A stretch of DNA of 64,000 bases, from the sequence record NC_042116.1. One strand, given 5' to 3'. Shown piece by piece: positions 17,275 through 26,828 of the stretch. The notes under the pieces are model-generated. The model searched no databases. It was not told the origin of the DNA and worked only from the letters and a program-made list of their open reading frames with translations. A program made the translations under genes and the position numbers. Position 1 is the stretch's first letter. Each line of letters starts with the position of its first letter.

Positions 17275-17795
17275 GTGATATTTACAAACAAGCAAGAAAG
17301 TACTGTGATAGATTTTTAAAGTTAGATAAAGTGATGGTAAATTCTGAATCTACGATCATGAAAGGAACGTGGACGAGTCCATATAATGTTACTAATCGAT
17401 ATCAAGCTTCATTAGATTCTAATAAGAAAGGATTTAAAATGAAAATGGCTAGAGGTCGATTTTCGTCATATGAAGTATATTATTACAGACATAGTTATGA
17501 CGTTAGAACACACTCACATAGAGATAAAAATTTTTATATTATAAATGATAAAATATTTTCACATTATAGTACTAAAACAGTTCAAGAATTACGTGATGTA
17601 TCAATATATGATGAAGGGTTAGAATTTCAATTAAGCACTGTATATAATGACAGTGAATTATTTGACTATTATTGTTGTTCTATGTTATACTATGATGGTT
17701 TTCGTGGGGCATGTAGGACAAGTGTACATCACAGTACTTGGAAAGCGTTATATGAAAACGCATTAAAAATAAACTCTAAAACTTACGGTAGATAA
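17271..17795 (+). CDS. FQxxT paralog
   Basis: EGLEFQLSTVYN. Confidence 0.75.
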   Translation: MSDIYKQARKYCDRFLKLDKVMVNSESTIMKGTWTSPYNVTNRYQASLDSNKKGFKMKMARGRFSSYEVYYYRHSYDVRTHSHRDKNFYIINDKIFSHYSTKTVQELRDVSIYDEGLEFQLSTVYNDSELFDYYCCSMLYYDGFRGACRTSVHHSTWKALYENALKINSKTYGR

Positions 17796-17796
17796 A

Positions 17797-18351
17797 ATGT
17801 CTAGAAATGAGTTAATACAATTAAGTACTATATATAAGTTGTTAGGTGCGTATAAAATTTTCAAAGATAGTAGGACTAATACTTTATACAACAAGACTAT
17901 TTTTAATTATAAAGATTCTGGATATGATTTAGAAATATCCAATTCTGGTTTATACATTTGGCCTACTGACAAAGAGCGTGATGGTAATCAATTATTTTGT
18001 ATAGAAGAAATTCTATCAACTGATTGGTGGGTTAAGTCTGTAATAAATGATGATGAATTTTCGTTATGTCCAAAAGAGTTTATCGAAATAGAAGTTGGAG
18101 ATCACGAAGATTATGAAAAAAAATATATCTATATTAGCAAATACAGTGAAAGTATCTTTAACACTTATTCAGAGGAATGGTTTTTTCAACAAATGACCGT
18201 TCAGAACATTATACCATTTGAACAATTCAAAGACGAGGTTAAGTTTTGTGAAAAAATATTATCTATGAATATAGATGAAAATGATCTAATTTACATATAT
18301 GATTTAAGAGACTTTGACATAAAACTGTTAGAAGGGTTTAGAGAAATATGA
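17797..18351 (+). CDS. FQxxT paralog
   Basis: EEWFFQQMTVQN. Confidence 0.75.
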   Translation: MSRNELIQLSTIYKLLGAYKIFKDSRTNTLYNKTIFNYKDSGYDLEISNSGLYIWPTDKERDGNQLFCIEEILSTDWWVKSVINDDEFSLCPKEFIEIEVGDHEDYEKKYIYISKYSESIFNTYSEEWFFQQMTVQNIIPFEQFKDEVKFCEKILSMNIDENDLIYIYDLRDFDIKLLEGFREI

Positions 18352-18776
18352 TAGTATTTCATGCTAGTACTGTTAACATTACAAACTTTTACATTCCATA
18401 TGGTGGATTACATGTTGGTGGTATTCACAGTGCTATAGAATGTGCATTAAGGAAGGTCTATGCGGGTCGTGACGAGGGATTTGATGTAGATACCATCTAC
18501 ATACATCGTTGTTTTCTGAACGTACAGAAGCCTTTTGAGGCTGATGATATGGGTAGTGATGTTTCATGGAAACGATTAAACAAGACTTTAATAGCTACTG
18601 AAACAGACTTCGACTGTATTAAATATATCAACAAGTATGAACCTGATATTGTTTCATCGTATTGTTTATTTGATACCAATTTAATAGAGATCCTTGATTG
18701 TAATAGTATGCACATGGATATGGCAGAAAATATTTTAAATGGGGTTTACAATGACGAATACCGTTATAGTTGGTGA
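18348..18776 (+). CDS. ADP-ribosyltransferase-fold-like protein
   Basis: VFHAST...F.....GLHVG....A then .FLNVQKPF, resembling the HGT..F..F..G.YF..A..L.I.NP pattern of ART-PolyVal-type domains. Confidence 0.4.
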   Translation: MIVFHASTVNITNFYIPYGGLHVGGIHSAIECALRKVYAGRDEGFDVDTIYIHRCFLNVQKPFEADDMGSDVSWKRLNKTLIATETDFDCIKYINKYEPDIVSSYCLFDTNLIEILDCNSMHMDMAENILNGVYNDEYRYSW

Positions 18777-19356
18777 TACCTATATAAAAGAGAATAAATT
18801 AGTTGAAACTTTAATATTTTCATTAAGAATAATTCCTTTATTAAAACGTTCAGATGAATTGTTTATGAGTATTAACAAAGACTTAGAATATAGTTTTGAC
18901 AGTACTTTTCACGGTAATGAAGAAACGTACACTGTTATTATAAAAGAAGATAGATATATTAACATTTCTGCATCATACGTAGGGGATAATGGATATACAT
19001 TCAATCGTCCTATTATAAGAATTCAATATCAAGATATAGACAGTAGTACTAATATTGGAATTACTTATTTTACATATTCCCCTCTACATAAAAGTTTCAC
19101 TATTGATGGTAATAATAATTATGTAGTTCCTAGACCATTTGTACATGATGAAGCATGGTACTTTCAAAAGTTAACACAACATGATTTATATCCAGAGAGT
19201 TGGTATATTCATGGTTCTAATCTAATGAATAAGTTAATGGATTTGGATGGTAATTTTGTATATATGCGGGTACAAACTGGATTTGATGAAGAAGAACTTC
19301 AGAACATATCAAATATTTTAGATTTAATGGAAATAAAAAATGCTAAACATAATTGA
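18751..19356 (+). CDS. FQxxT paralog
   Basis: EAWYFQKLTQHD. Confidence 0.75.
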   Translation: MTNTVIVGDTYIKENKLVETLIFSLRIIPLLKRSDELFMSINKDLEYSFDSTFHGNEETYTVIIKEDRYINISASYVGDNGYTFNRPIIRIQYQDIDSSTNIGITYFTYSPLHKSFTIDGNNNYVVPRPFVHDEAWYFQKLTQHDLYPESWYIHGSNLMNKLMDLDGNFVYMRVQTGFDEEELQNISNILDLMEIKNAKHN

Positions 19357-19786
19357 AAACATTGATCCTATCAATTACATTGTACAAGATGTTTTAAATA
19401 ACATCGATGGATTGGAGTTAACTCCACGTAATAATTTTTATATTGGTGATGGTTACTCACTTGACGTACAAGAAGTACGTAAGAATTCATATAAATTAAA
19501 AGTACGAACAAATAATTTACAAGATTTATGTAATATTGCATTTGATAAGAAGAATCTTATCATACGTTACAGTCCTGAATTTTTCTTTATACAAGAAGGT
19601 ACTGAGTTGAGTACTAACTTGTTTGATGAAATGTTTCGGTTAGAAGAATTACCTAATGCATTTAGGAATAACAGTACTGTATTTGGATTAAGTGTGGAGT
19701 TTGATCATACAACGATGATGCAAACTATTGAACTTTGCCGTAGAATTCGAGATGATTTCTTGCGGAGAATTGCGTTACAAAAATAA
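19340..19786 (+). CDS. Hypothetical protein, weak FQxxT member
   Basis: EFFFIQEGTELS. Confidence 0.65.
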   Translation: MLNIIENIDPINYIVQDVLNNIDGLELTPRNNFYIGDGYSLDVQEVRKNSYKLKVRTNNLQDLCNIAFDKKNLIIRYSPEFFFIQEGTELSTNLFDEMFRLEELPNAFRNNSTVFGLSVEFDHTTMMQTIELCRRIRDDFLRRIALQK

Positions 19787-19806
19787 AAGTACTATCAAGG
19801 ATGATA

Positions 19807-19814
19807 TATAAATA
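19807..19814 (+). promoter_or_regulatory. T4-type late promoter
   Basis: TATAAATA about 50 nt upstream of the 19866 start. Confidence 0.45.
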
Positions 19815-19865
19815 CTTTTAGAGCACAAGATTGTGCTAATAATACAAGTTCAAGGGAGTGAACAC

Positions 19866-20345
19866 ATGAATAATCTTATTCAAAAAGATAATGGGCCAAT
19901 TGACGATGTGATCACGCAAGACGCTTTTGAAGTACATGGGACAATGTTTAATATTAAAGATATAGTACAATGTTTATTTTTATGCAGTTCAACGATGCAT
20001 GAATTTTTCAATAACCCAATGTGTAATTGTTTTGCAGTAACTATCAATAGTACTGATAAGTGGGTTATGGCTACACCGATGACGATGAATACTGAATTTA
20101 ATGAATGTGTTATGCGTAATAATAAAGAAAAAACACCACAATCTGAAGTACAGAAATTACGTAATACATACTCTAGACCAGATGAAAAACACGTATTGAT
20201 GTTTTTATCTAAAGGGTATGTGATGGATAATTTTACAGTACAAGAGAGTTATCATGATTTTCTCTTTACAGAAGGAGAACCACATGTTATGATAACTGCG
20301 GAAGATATAGAAAGTTTAACCTTAAAGAATCCGTACTTGGAGTAA
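19866..20345 (+). CDS. Hypothetical protein
   Basis: RBS AGGGAG at the trimmed start. Confidence 0.7.
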   Translation: MNNLIQKDNGPIDDVITQDAFEVHGTMFNIKDIVQCLFLCSSTMHEFFNNPMCNCFAVTINSTDKWVMATPMTMNTEFNECVMRNNKEKTPQSEVQKLRNTYSRPDEKHVLMFLSKGYVMDNFTVQESYHDFLFTEGEPHVMITAEDIESLTLKNPYLE

Positions 20346-20347
20346 TA

Positions 20348-20509
20348 ATGGCGAAGTCAAAAAATAAAAATATTCCAGTTGTTAACAATTTTGTTGCAAA
20401 GCACATGGAAACATTTAACAAACCAAAAACGTTTGTAGATCAAAAGAAAGAATTTAAAAATGGTAAGACAAAACACAAAGGACGCTATGATGCGTCCTTT
20501 GACGTTTAA
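20348..20509 (+). CDS. 53-aa basic protein (NNFVAKH..FNK..F.D.KK...KHK type small phage protein)
   Basis: Translated by hand; GGAG upstream; below the ORF-track cutoff. Confidence 0.65.
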   Translation: MAKSKNKNIPVVNNFVAKHMETFNKPKTFVDQKKEFKNGKTKHKGRYDASFDV

Positions 20510-20520
20510 ATGGTGAATAT

Positions 20521-21384
20521 ATGTTAGATTATAAAAAGTATTCAGTAAAAGAATTTATTGAATATGCTAGAGAACAAAATAAAACAAAAAATAATAACAG
20601 TTTTGTTCTTGGGTATGATAATGAATGTGATGTATACTTAATATCAAAATATCAAAATATGGGGAATTACAGAGCCTGTGTTTATTCTAAATATTTTTCT
20701 GTAGCTAATATTGAAACTGGAAAATATATATTCTATTATTGTAATTTTAAAAATACAGTAACGCATGAGTTTGAAAATGTTTCATTCAGTACTAAGTATA
20801 ATAATAAAACAAAAACTTATGAAATTAAATCTAAAACGTATAAATTGAATAACAAATCAATTGATATAGAAACAAATAGTCAAATTTTCACAACTATCTA
20901 TGATGATTTACGTATAAAAGAAAGACTATACAGAAATGGATGTAAATTTATTGAAGTTAGTTTTCCTATTGTAACTTACGTAGATGGAAAAGTTCATAAT
21001 AGAACGTATGGCGAAACCTATATACATGAAACATATAATAGTAAAGGTGTTTGTACTTTTTGTAATTTTAGTTTTAGTTATAAAGGGAACCGTGCTACTA
21101 TTCAGATGTATTATAAGAAAGGTGCTAGTTTTTGGATGAGTTCAGGTACAGGTAACACTGATTTATATTTACGTGATAATATAAAAATTCCTGAATTAAA
21201 AGAAGTAGGAATTGAGTACTTATATAATGATTTTAACATGTGGAACATAGATTTGCGTATGGTTGGTTCAGAAAATTTTGAATGTTTTGAATATGCAAAA
21301 TCTCATCTTATTAAGTTACTTACTAAAAATATCAAGTATTTAAGTACTGCATTAGATAAAATAAAGGTTCACAATGAAGCGTAA
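20521..21384 (+). CDS. Hypothetical protein
   Basis: 287-aa ORF. Confidence 0.7.
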   Translation: MLDYKKYSVKEFIEYAREQNKTKNNNSFVLGYDNECDVYLISKYQNMGNYRACVYSKYFSVANIETGKYIFYYCNFKNTVTHEFENVSFSTKYNNKTKTYEIKSKTYKLNNKSIDIETNSQIFTTIYDDLRIKERLYRNGCKFIEVSFPIVTYVDGKVHNRTYGETYIHETYNSKGVCTFCNFSFSYKGNRATIQMYYKKGASFWMSSGTGNTDLYLRDNIKIPELKEVGIEYLYNDFNMWNIDLRMVGSENFECFEYAKSHLIKLLTKNIKYLSTALDKIKVHNEA

Positions 21385-21697
21385 AATTAAATTTAAAGAT
21401 GATATTCCAAAATATGTATGGTTAGGAAATCGAGGGTTTCCTAATCAGCATACTATTATTACGTACCATGATAATTCAATTATTAGGGTTAGTGATGCCC
21501 CGAATTATCGGTCGGCGTTAGAGAGAATTTACACTTTTAGTAAGCAATGTAGGAATAACGATGAAATATTGAAGTATGAGTTTGCATTATGTCATTACGT
21601 GGATGATGAGGATGAAGATACATTTTATCTTCTATTGTTACCATTTAACGAGTGGTATAAACATATTGATATGGATCACAAATATGGAACAGAATAA
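21374..21697 (+). CDS. Hypothetical protein
   Basis: Overlaps the upstream stop. Confidence 0.6.
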   Translation: MKRKIKFKDDIPKYVWLGNRGFPNQHTIITYHDNSIIRVSDAPNYRSALERIYTFSKQCRNNDEILKYEFALCHYVDDEDEDTFYLLLLPFNEWYKHIDMDHKYGTE

Positions 21698-21713
21698 TTT
21701 TTTATGGTATAAT
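21698..21713 (+). promoter_or_regulatory. Extended -10 promoter without a -35 (also ~24471-24490, 49951-49966, 59771-59788)
   Basis: Recurring (A/T-tract)TTATGNTATAAT ahead of gene blocks. Confidence 0.55.
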
Positions 21714-21742
21714 ATACGCACCTAAACGAGAGGTTATCAACT

Positions 21743-22138
21743 ATGAACAAAACACATTCTACATATCTAAAGGCAATAACTGGTGTCATTTTAGTGAATA
21801 AAGATGGCGAAGAATATATGTACTGTATTGAAGATATGCAATACTCTAAGTACTTTACTATTGGTCAAATTTTCAATGCAATTAGAGTACTATACGGTAA
21901 AGACGTTGGTGATTACGGTAAGTTATGGCCTCGTTATAAGATCAATGAAACTATCTCAAATGATTGGTTAACATTACAATCAGCAATGGATAATTGTGAT
22001 ACTGATTATGATTTTTTGGTGGAAGCATGTAAACAATTAAATGAAGAAGTTCCTGAAATTGTTGAACGTGAAAAAGTACTACAACGATTAGAACTAGTTA
22101 AAGAAACAATCATGAAGATTGCGACTACAGTACAATAA
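21743..22138 (+). CDS. Hypothetical protein
   Basis: RBS GAGG. Confidence 0.7.
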   Translation: MNKTHSTYLKAITGVILVNKDGEEYMYCIEDMQYSKYFTIGQIFNAIRVLYGKDVGDYGKLWPRYKINETISNDWLTLQSAMDNCDTDYDFLVEACKQLNEEVPEIVEREKVLQRLELVKETIMKIATTVQ

Positions 22139-22159
22139 ATTATTTAAAAGGAATATAAT

Positions 22160-22507
22160 ATGTCAAACGGAAGTGACAACAAATTCAATATGTTCGAAGG
22201 TCTAGATGTAGAAAAAACTCGCAAAGTACTTCATGATGATTCAGAAGTTCAATTCGAAAATACAGAAGATGAAGATGTTGAAATTGTAAGTATTACAATG
22301 AAAACAGATACTCGTAAGAAATATGCAGCATCAGTTATTGCAAGATCACAAGAAGAATATGAAACATATATCATTGGTTCGTATTTTGAAACATTAATCC
22401 ATCCAGAAACTAAGGAAGAGTATCAAGTGAAAATCACAGTACTTAAACCTGAAGTTAATCCAATGGAAACAATGAAACCTGCATATGCTTACAGTACTAA
22501 CCACTAA
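22160..22507 (+). CDS. Hypothetical acidic protein
   Basis: RBS AAGGA. Confidence 0.7.
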   Translation: MSNGSDNKFNMFEGLDVEKTRKVLHDDSEVQFENTEDEDVEIVSITMKTDTRKKYAASVIARSQEEYETYIIGSYFETLIHPETKEEYQVKITVLKPEVNPMETMKPAYAYSTNH

Positions 22508-22550
22508 TTAATTATAAGGGGCTTAATGCCCCTTTTTAAATAGGATATAT

Positions 22551-22886
22551 ATGAACGGTTTTGATATTTTGATTTTATGTTATATTTTTATAGGAATAAG
22601 TATAAGTGGGTATATTATATATTCATATATTCATGGAGTTTATGTTTATTTTAAACAATTATATACAGCAAAAGTAGTACGTCCATCTAGGATTAAAATT
22701 CAATTCGGTTATTCATTATTCGATTCAAATTATGACCATTGGGGTATAGTTATTGGTATATCATTTTTGTTTACATTAATGCATGTCGTGTGTGCATTAT
22801 TAATTTGGCCTGTATTTTCCATATGGTTAATAAGTTACACAATTAAAGTAGCACGTATTAAAAACTTTGGTGATGGGGACTACTAA
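22551..22886 (+). CDS. Membrane protein
   Basis: Hydrophobic segments; RBS AGGA. Confidence 0.7.
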   Translation: MNGFDILILCYIFIGISISGYIIYSYIHGVYVYFKQLYTAKVVRPSRIKIQFGYSLFDSNYDHWGIVIGISFLFTLMHVVCALLIWPVFSIWLISYTIKVARIKNFGDGDY

Positions 22887-23656
22887 TGTTATCAATAAAA
22901 GATGTATTAAATTGTCAACAACGTTGGAATTCACAAATTACAAGTGTTGCAAACGGTATTGATTCAAAACTAATATCAGTACTTTCATATGAAGATATGT
23001 TTAGTGAAAAATATAATGATAATAAATTTAAAGAATTATATGAAGCATTAATTGAACCTATGGTAAAACAATATAATCAAGAATTAAACAGTTTAAGATC
23101 ACAGTACTTAATTGAATATCTTAATGATATGGCAATTGTCCTTGATACTGTTGGTGTTAATACTACAACAGGTGAAGAAATTAGTGCTCCGATAACAAAT
23201 ATACCTTCTAGTTTTATTCCATGTGCTGAAGTTGAATGTGTATATAATTTTATCAATGAATTAAAATATTCTATATATGAGTATCGTCCATTTTGGAGTA
23301 GAGGTGGTTATCACATATGTGGTAATAATGAATATATAACCACTGAAGGTTCAGATTCACCATGTAATTTTATTTTAAATAACAGAAATAAATTTATTAA
23401 AAGTTATGGTGAACATAAAATTGAGGTATTCAAACGTTCAGTACTACAAGCTAGTGATTTATTTGACTATGATATACATGTACAACCTATGTCTAGATAT
23501 GATGAAGATAGGATTCCAAATAACTACAATTTAGCAGTTAGACGGCATTTAATATTAAAACATGCATTAGAAAATGAAAAATTGATAGAAGAACACTCAC
23601 GATTTATATCGAAGATATCAATAGATGGTGATGTTCTATTCACAGAGATAGGATAA
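22886..23656 (+). CDS. Hypothetical protein
   Basis: 256-aa ORF, coupled to the upstream gene. Confidence 0.7.
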   Translation: MLSIKDVLNCQQRWNSQITSVANGIDSKLISVLSYEDMFSEKYNDNKFKELYEALIEPMVKQYNQELNSLRSQYLIEYLNDMAIVLDTVGVNTTTGEEISAPITNIPSSFIPCAEVECVYNFINELKYSIYEYRPFWSRGGYHICGNNEYITTEGSDSPCNFILNNRNKFIKSYGEHKIEVFKRSVLQASDLFDYDIHVQPMSRYDEDRIPNNYNLAVRRHLILKHALENEKLIEEHSRFISKISIDGDVLFTEIG

Positions 23657-23659
23657 TTA

Positions 23660-24472
23660 TTGATGTTTTTAAAATTCTTTTTAACACATGAAGATTCAAA
23701 TACTTCAAAAGGTTGGTCTATAGGAAATACTTTATTAGTTAGTACTCATAATGATCATAAGAAAGAACTATATGAAACTACTAATTTTCATAATGTATTA
23801 AGTAACTTAGCATTTCATATGAAATCAACAAATGTACATACTGTTGATAAAGATTATAGAGTATTTTTAATAAATGTTTCAGATGAAGCCATGTTCCAGT
23901 TAGAAATGTTATATATTCCAGAAAATAGTTTTTGTACATATAATATATTAACAGGTAAAATTGGTTTTGGTGATTCAGAAAGGAATGCGATTTTAGCAAG
24001 TTTAGATGAAAAAAATGGTATGAGTTTATCAGGTTGGGTTAAAAATGACAATAAGAATTCATTATTTTTCGATTTTAATGTAACCTCAACCAAGTTAATA
24101 GATATGGACGAATACCAACTTACTGTTCCAGATACATTTTATGATCAAGTACTTAATGAATTAAGACCTTACATATGTCAAGAAAAAATACATTTATTAA
24201 AAGTTTTTGGTCAATATGTTTTATATAATAAAACTGCTTTAAATAATTATTTAGATTTATATTTTGAAAATTTAAATTCTTCTGGTTCAGAAAAGAAAGA
24301 AATTGAAATACAATATTGTCAATTAACTAGAATACAAATGGTTTTAGCTATCAAACTATTCATGGAAGATGATAAAGATTTCATTTTATATAAAGATGAA
24401 TTTCCTGATGAATACTATTCAATAGGTGAATTGTGTAGAAAAATAATGAACGTTTCAGGTGAAACGTTTTAA
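23660..24472 (+). CDS. Hypothetical protein, weak FQ-motif relative
   Basis: SDEAMFQLEMLY. Confidence 0.7.
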   Translation: MMFLKFFLTHEDSNTSKGWSIGNTLLVSTHNDHKKELYETTNFHNVLSNLAFHMKSTNVHTVDKDYRVFLINVSDEAMFQLEMLYIPENSFCTYNILTGKIGFGDSERNAILASLDEKNGMSLSGWVKNDNKNSLFFDFNVTSTKLIDMDEYQLTVPDTFYDQVLNELRPYICQEKIHLLKVFGQYVLYNKTALNNYLDLYFENLNSSGSEKKEIEIQYCQLTRIQMVLAIKLFMEDDKDFILYKDEFPDEYYSIGELCRKIMNVSGETF

Positions 24473-24494
24473 AAAATTATGCTATAATATACAA

Positions 24495-25190
24495 GACAGC
24501 ACATCGCTGTCTTTTTTTAATTGAGAAAAACTCTGGATGGCTTTGTTAAGCAAAGATGTTTAAAACCTGATCCTATCGAAAAGTAGATGGCAGATGAGTA
24601 TTCCATTCAGTACGAACAGCAAAAGAAACCCGTTAGAAGTACGTGCAGTCATACAAAGAGACATAAGACACTGAGATCACGGCAATGCGGCTGTATAAAG
24701 CATGACAGTACTACATAAGTTCATGCCTAGATAGACATATAGGATCGCACCTACCTAATGTATAAGGGAGTCAAAAAATGCGATTGATTTATTACAATAT
24801 AGATCCGTCCAGATTTTGACAAGTACTTAAGCTGTTCATGTAGCTTGAGTATTCAGTGTGGCAATGTATAAAACCACGACCGTTGTATAGAACCGCGATA
24901 GAAAGAAACAGGACAACCCGCTTTCACTCTTTTATAGAAATTCGTGACATGAAATTACTACGACTATCATCGTCAGTTTTTCTCCCCACCCGATGGGGGG
25001 ATGAAAATACATTAACAAATCTCGTCAGTATTATAAACAGAAGTACTATTCAGTACTATATTAATTAAGAAATTTAAATCACAAATGAACGTAGTGCAAA
25101 CGAAGTTCATAAGTGATTTACTGGAACATCGTAGATGTTCCTTGTATAAATGAGAATCGGCAAAGTACTGATTCTGTAACAGTGAGATAT
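24495..25190 (+). ncRNA. ~700-bp structured non-coding region (large RNA and/or replication origin)
   Basis: No credible ORF; long-range helices with G-U pairs; 3' cluster of hairpins. Confidence 0.5.
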
Positions 25191-25192
25191 AA

Positions 25193-25720
25193 ATGAAGAT
25201 TGTATATAAATGCAAAGATACGGATCAAGTATTAACATCCGTAGATATGAGTACGTTTAATGGTTATATGATTCAAGTAGAAAACGGAAACAAAATTAGT
25301 AATATAACTGAATTAAGTAATAATTTTGTTCTTTCTAAAATTGAGTTAAGACCTACTAAAAAGCCACTCATACATAAAGTTGAATACAATGGTCATATAG
25401 AATACCGATACAACAATAATAATGTTAGTAGTGTTTATTATGAATTTAACAATAAAAAATACGGAGAGTATCAGAAGTATGATTTAAATGGAGTACTGTT
25501 GGATAGAATTTTTTATTTTGATGGTTTGGACATTACTACAGAAATTATGCAATTTATTGGTTATAAAAACGGGTTAACATCATTTAAAGATTATAAATTT
25601 AAAGAAGATGAACTGTTTAATATAATGATGAAGTACGGTTTTTATTTTAGATTTTGTAATGACTCGGAACGGGAAAGTTCTGATTTTGATCGTATTAATG
25701 AGTACTGTCAATACATATAA
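25193..25720 (+). CDS. Hypothetical protein with a MORN-like segment
   Basis: KYGEYQKYDLNGVL; C-terminal EDELFNIMMKYG. Confidence 0.65.
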   Translation: MKIVYKCKDTDQVLTSVDMSTFNGYMIQVENGNKISNITELSNNFVLSKIELRPTKKPLIHKVEYNGHIEYRYNNNNVSSVYYEFNNKKYGEYQKYDLNGVLLDRIFYFDGLDITTEIMQFIGYKNGLTSFKDYKFKEDELFNIMMKYGFYFRFCNDSERESSDFDRINEYCQYI

Positions 25721-25728
25721 GGAAATAT

Positions 25729-26268
25729 ATGGAAGATAATGAAAAAGCTGCATCTGTTCATTTCAGTTCAGCTAGTAATACATGGGATACTCCTGATGAA
25801 TTTTATCAGAAGTTAAATGCTGCTTGGAATTTTACATTAGATCCAGCCGCAATGGATGAAACTGCAAAATGTAACAAGTACTACACTCCTGAAACTGATG
25901 GATTATCACATTCATGGAATGGTGAAACTGTATGGTGTAATCCTCCATATGGTAGAGAAATTAAAAATTGGTATAAGAAATTTGATGAAGAATTTAAGCA
26001 AAATGGTACTACTATTGTAGCACTACCACCAGCAAGAACTGACACTATCTATTTTCATAAGTATGTTAAAGATTCAGCTACTGCTATTTGTTTTGTTAAA
26101 GGTCGTTTGAAATTTGATAACAGAAATCTTCCATTATGGACAGAGGAAGGTTCTCATAAAAAGAATGGTGCACCTTTTCCTAGTATGATTGTAATATATG
26201 ATAATGATTTAACAAATGAAAAAATTAAAGTACTACAAGAACTAGGTTTAGTAGTACGTCCTTGGTAA
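25729..26268 (+). CDS. Phage DNA N6-adenine methyltransferase (short Dam-like family)
   Basis: WDTP..FY..L...FTLDPAA; DGL..SW; VWCNPPY; V.L.PARTDT..F; GRLKF. Confidence 0.9.
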   Translation: MEDNEKAASVHFSSASNTWDTPDEFYQKLNAAWNFTLDPAAMDETAKCNKYYTPETDGLSHSWNGETVWCNPPYGREIKNWYKKFDEEFKQNGTTIVALPPARTDTIYFHKYVKDSATAICFVKGRLKFDNRNLPLWTEEGSHKKNGAPFPSMIVIYDNDLTNEKIKVLQELGLVVRPW

Positions 26269-26276
26269 ATTTATAT

Positions 26277-26828
26277 ATGAAAAATACTTGTATAATGATG
26301 TACGGTAGAATGAATCCTGTACACTTAGGTCATAAAAACTTATTTGATCGCGGTAAGTACCTTATGGATTCAATACCTGATTCTGAATTTAGAATATACA
26401 TGAGTACTACACACGATAAAGATAAAAATCCAATTCCATATTATATTAAACGAAATATGTTAAATGATTATTTTCCTACTGTATTTCCATTTTTACAGGA
26501 TTCACAAGAAAGTACTTTATTTGGTACTTTAGAAAAGATTAATAAGGAATTTGATAATTTAATATTTTTATGTGGTAGTGATAGAGTTGAAAATTTTGAA
26601 AATATTATTTTCAAGTACAATCATTTACTATATGATTTTAATGTTATTAATATTGAATCGGTAGGTTGTGATAGAGAATATTGTAGGTATAGTTCTACTA
26701 ATATGAGACAAGCAATACGTGATAATAATTATGAAGATTTTTGTTCATTTCTTCCCAATCGTGGTGATGCATTGAATGAAAAATATTTTGAATATATTTC
26801 ACATTTTATAGGAGTAAACAACTATTGA
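26277..26828 (+). CDS. Cytidylyltransferase-like (HIGH-class) nucleotidyltransferase
   Basis: GRMNPVHLGH; KNP; GSDRV; SST.MR. Confidence 0.8.
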   Translation: MKNTCIMMYGRMNPVHLGHKNLFDRGKYLMDSIPDSEFRIYMSTTHDKDKNPIPYYIKRNMLNDYFPTVFPFLQDSQESTLFGTLEKINKEFDNLIFLCGSDRVENFENIIFKYNHLLYDFNVINIESVGCDREYCRYSSTNMRQAIRDNNYEDFCSFLPNRGDALNEKYFEYISHFIGVNNY

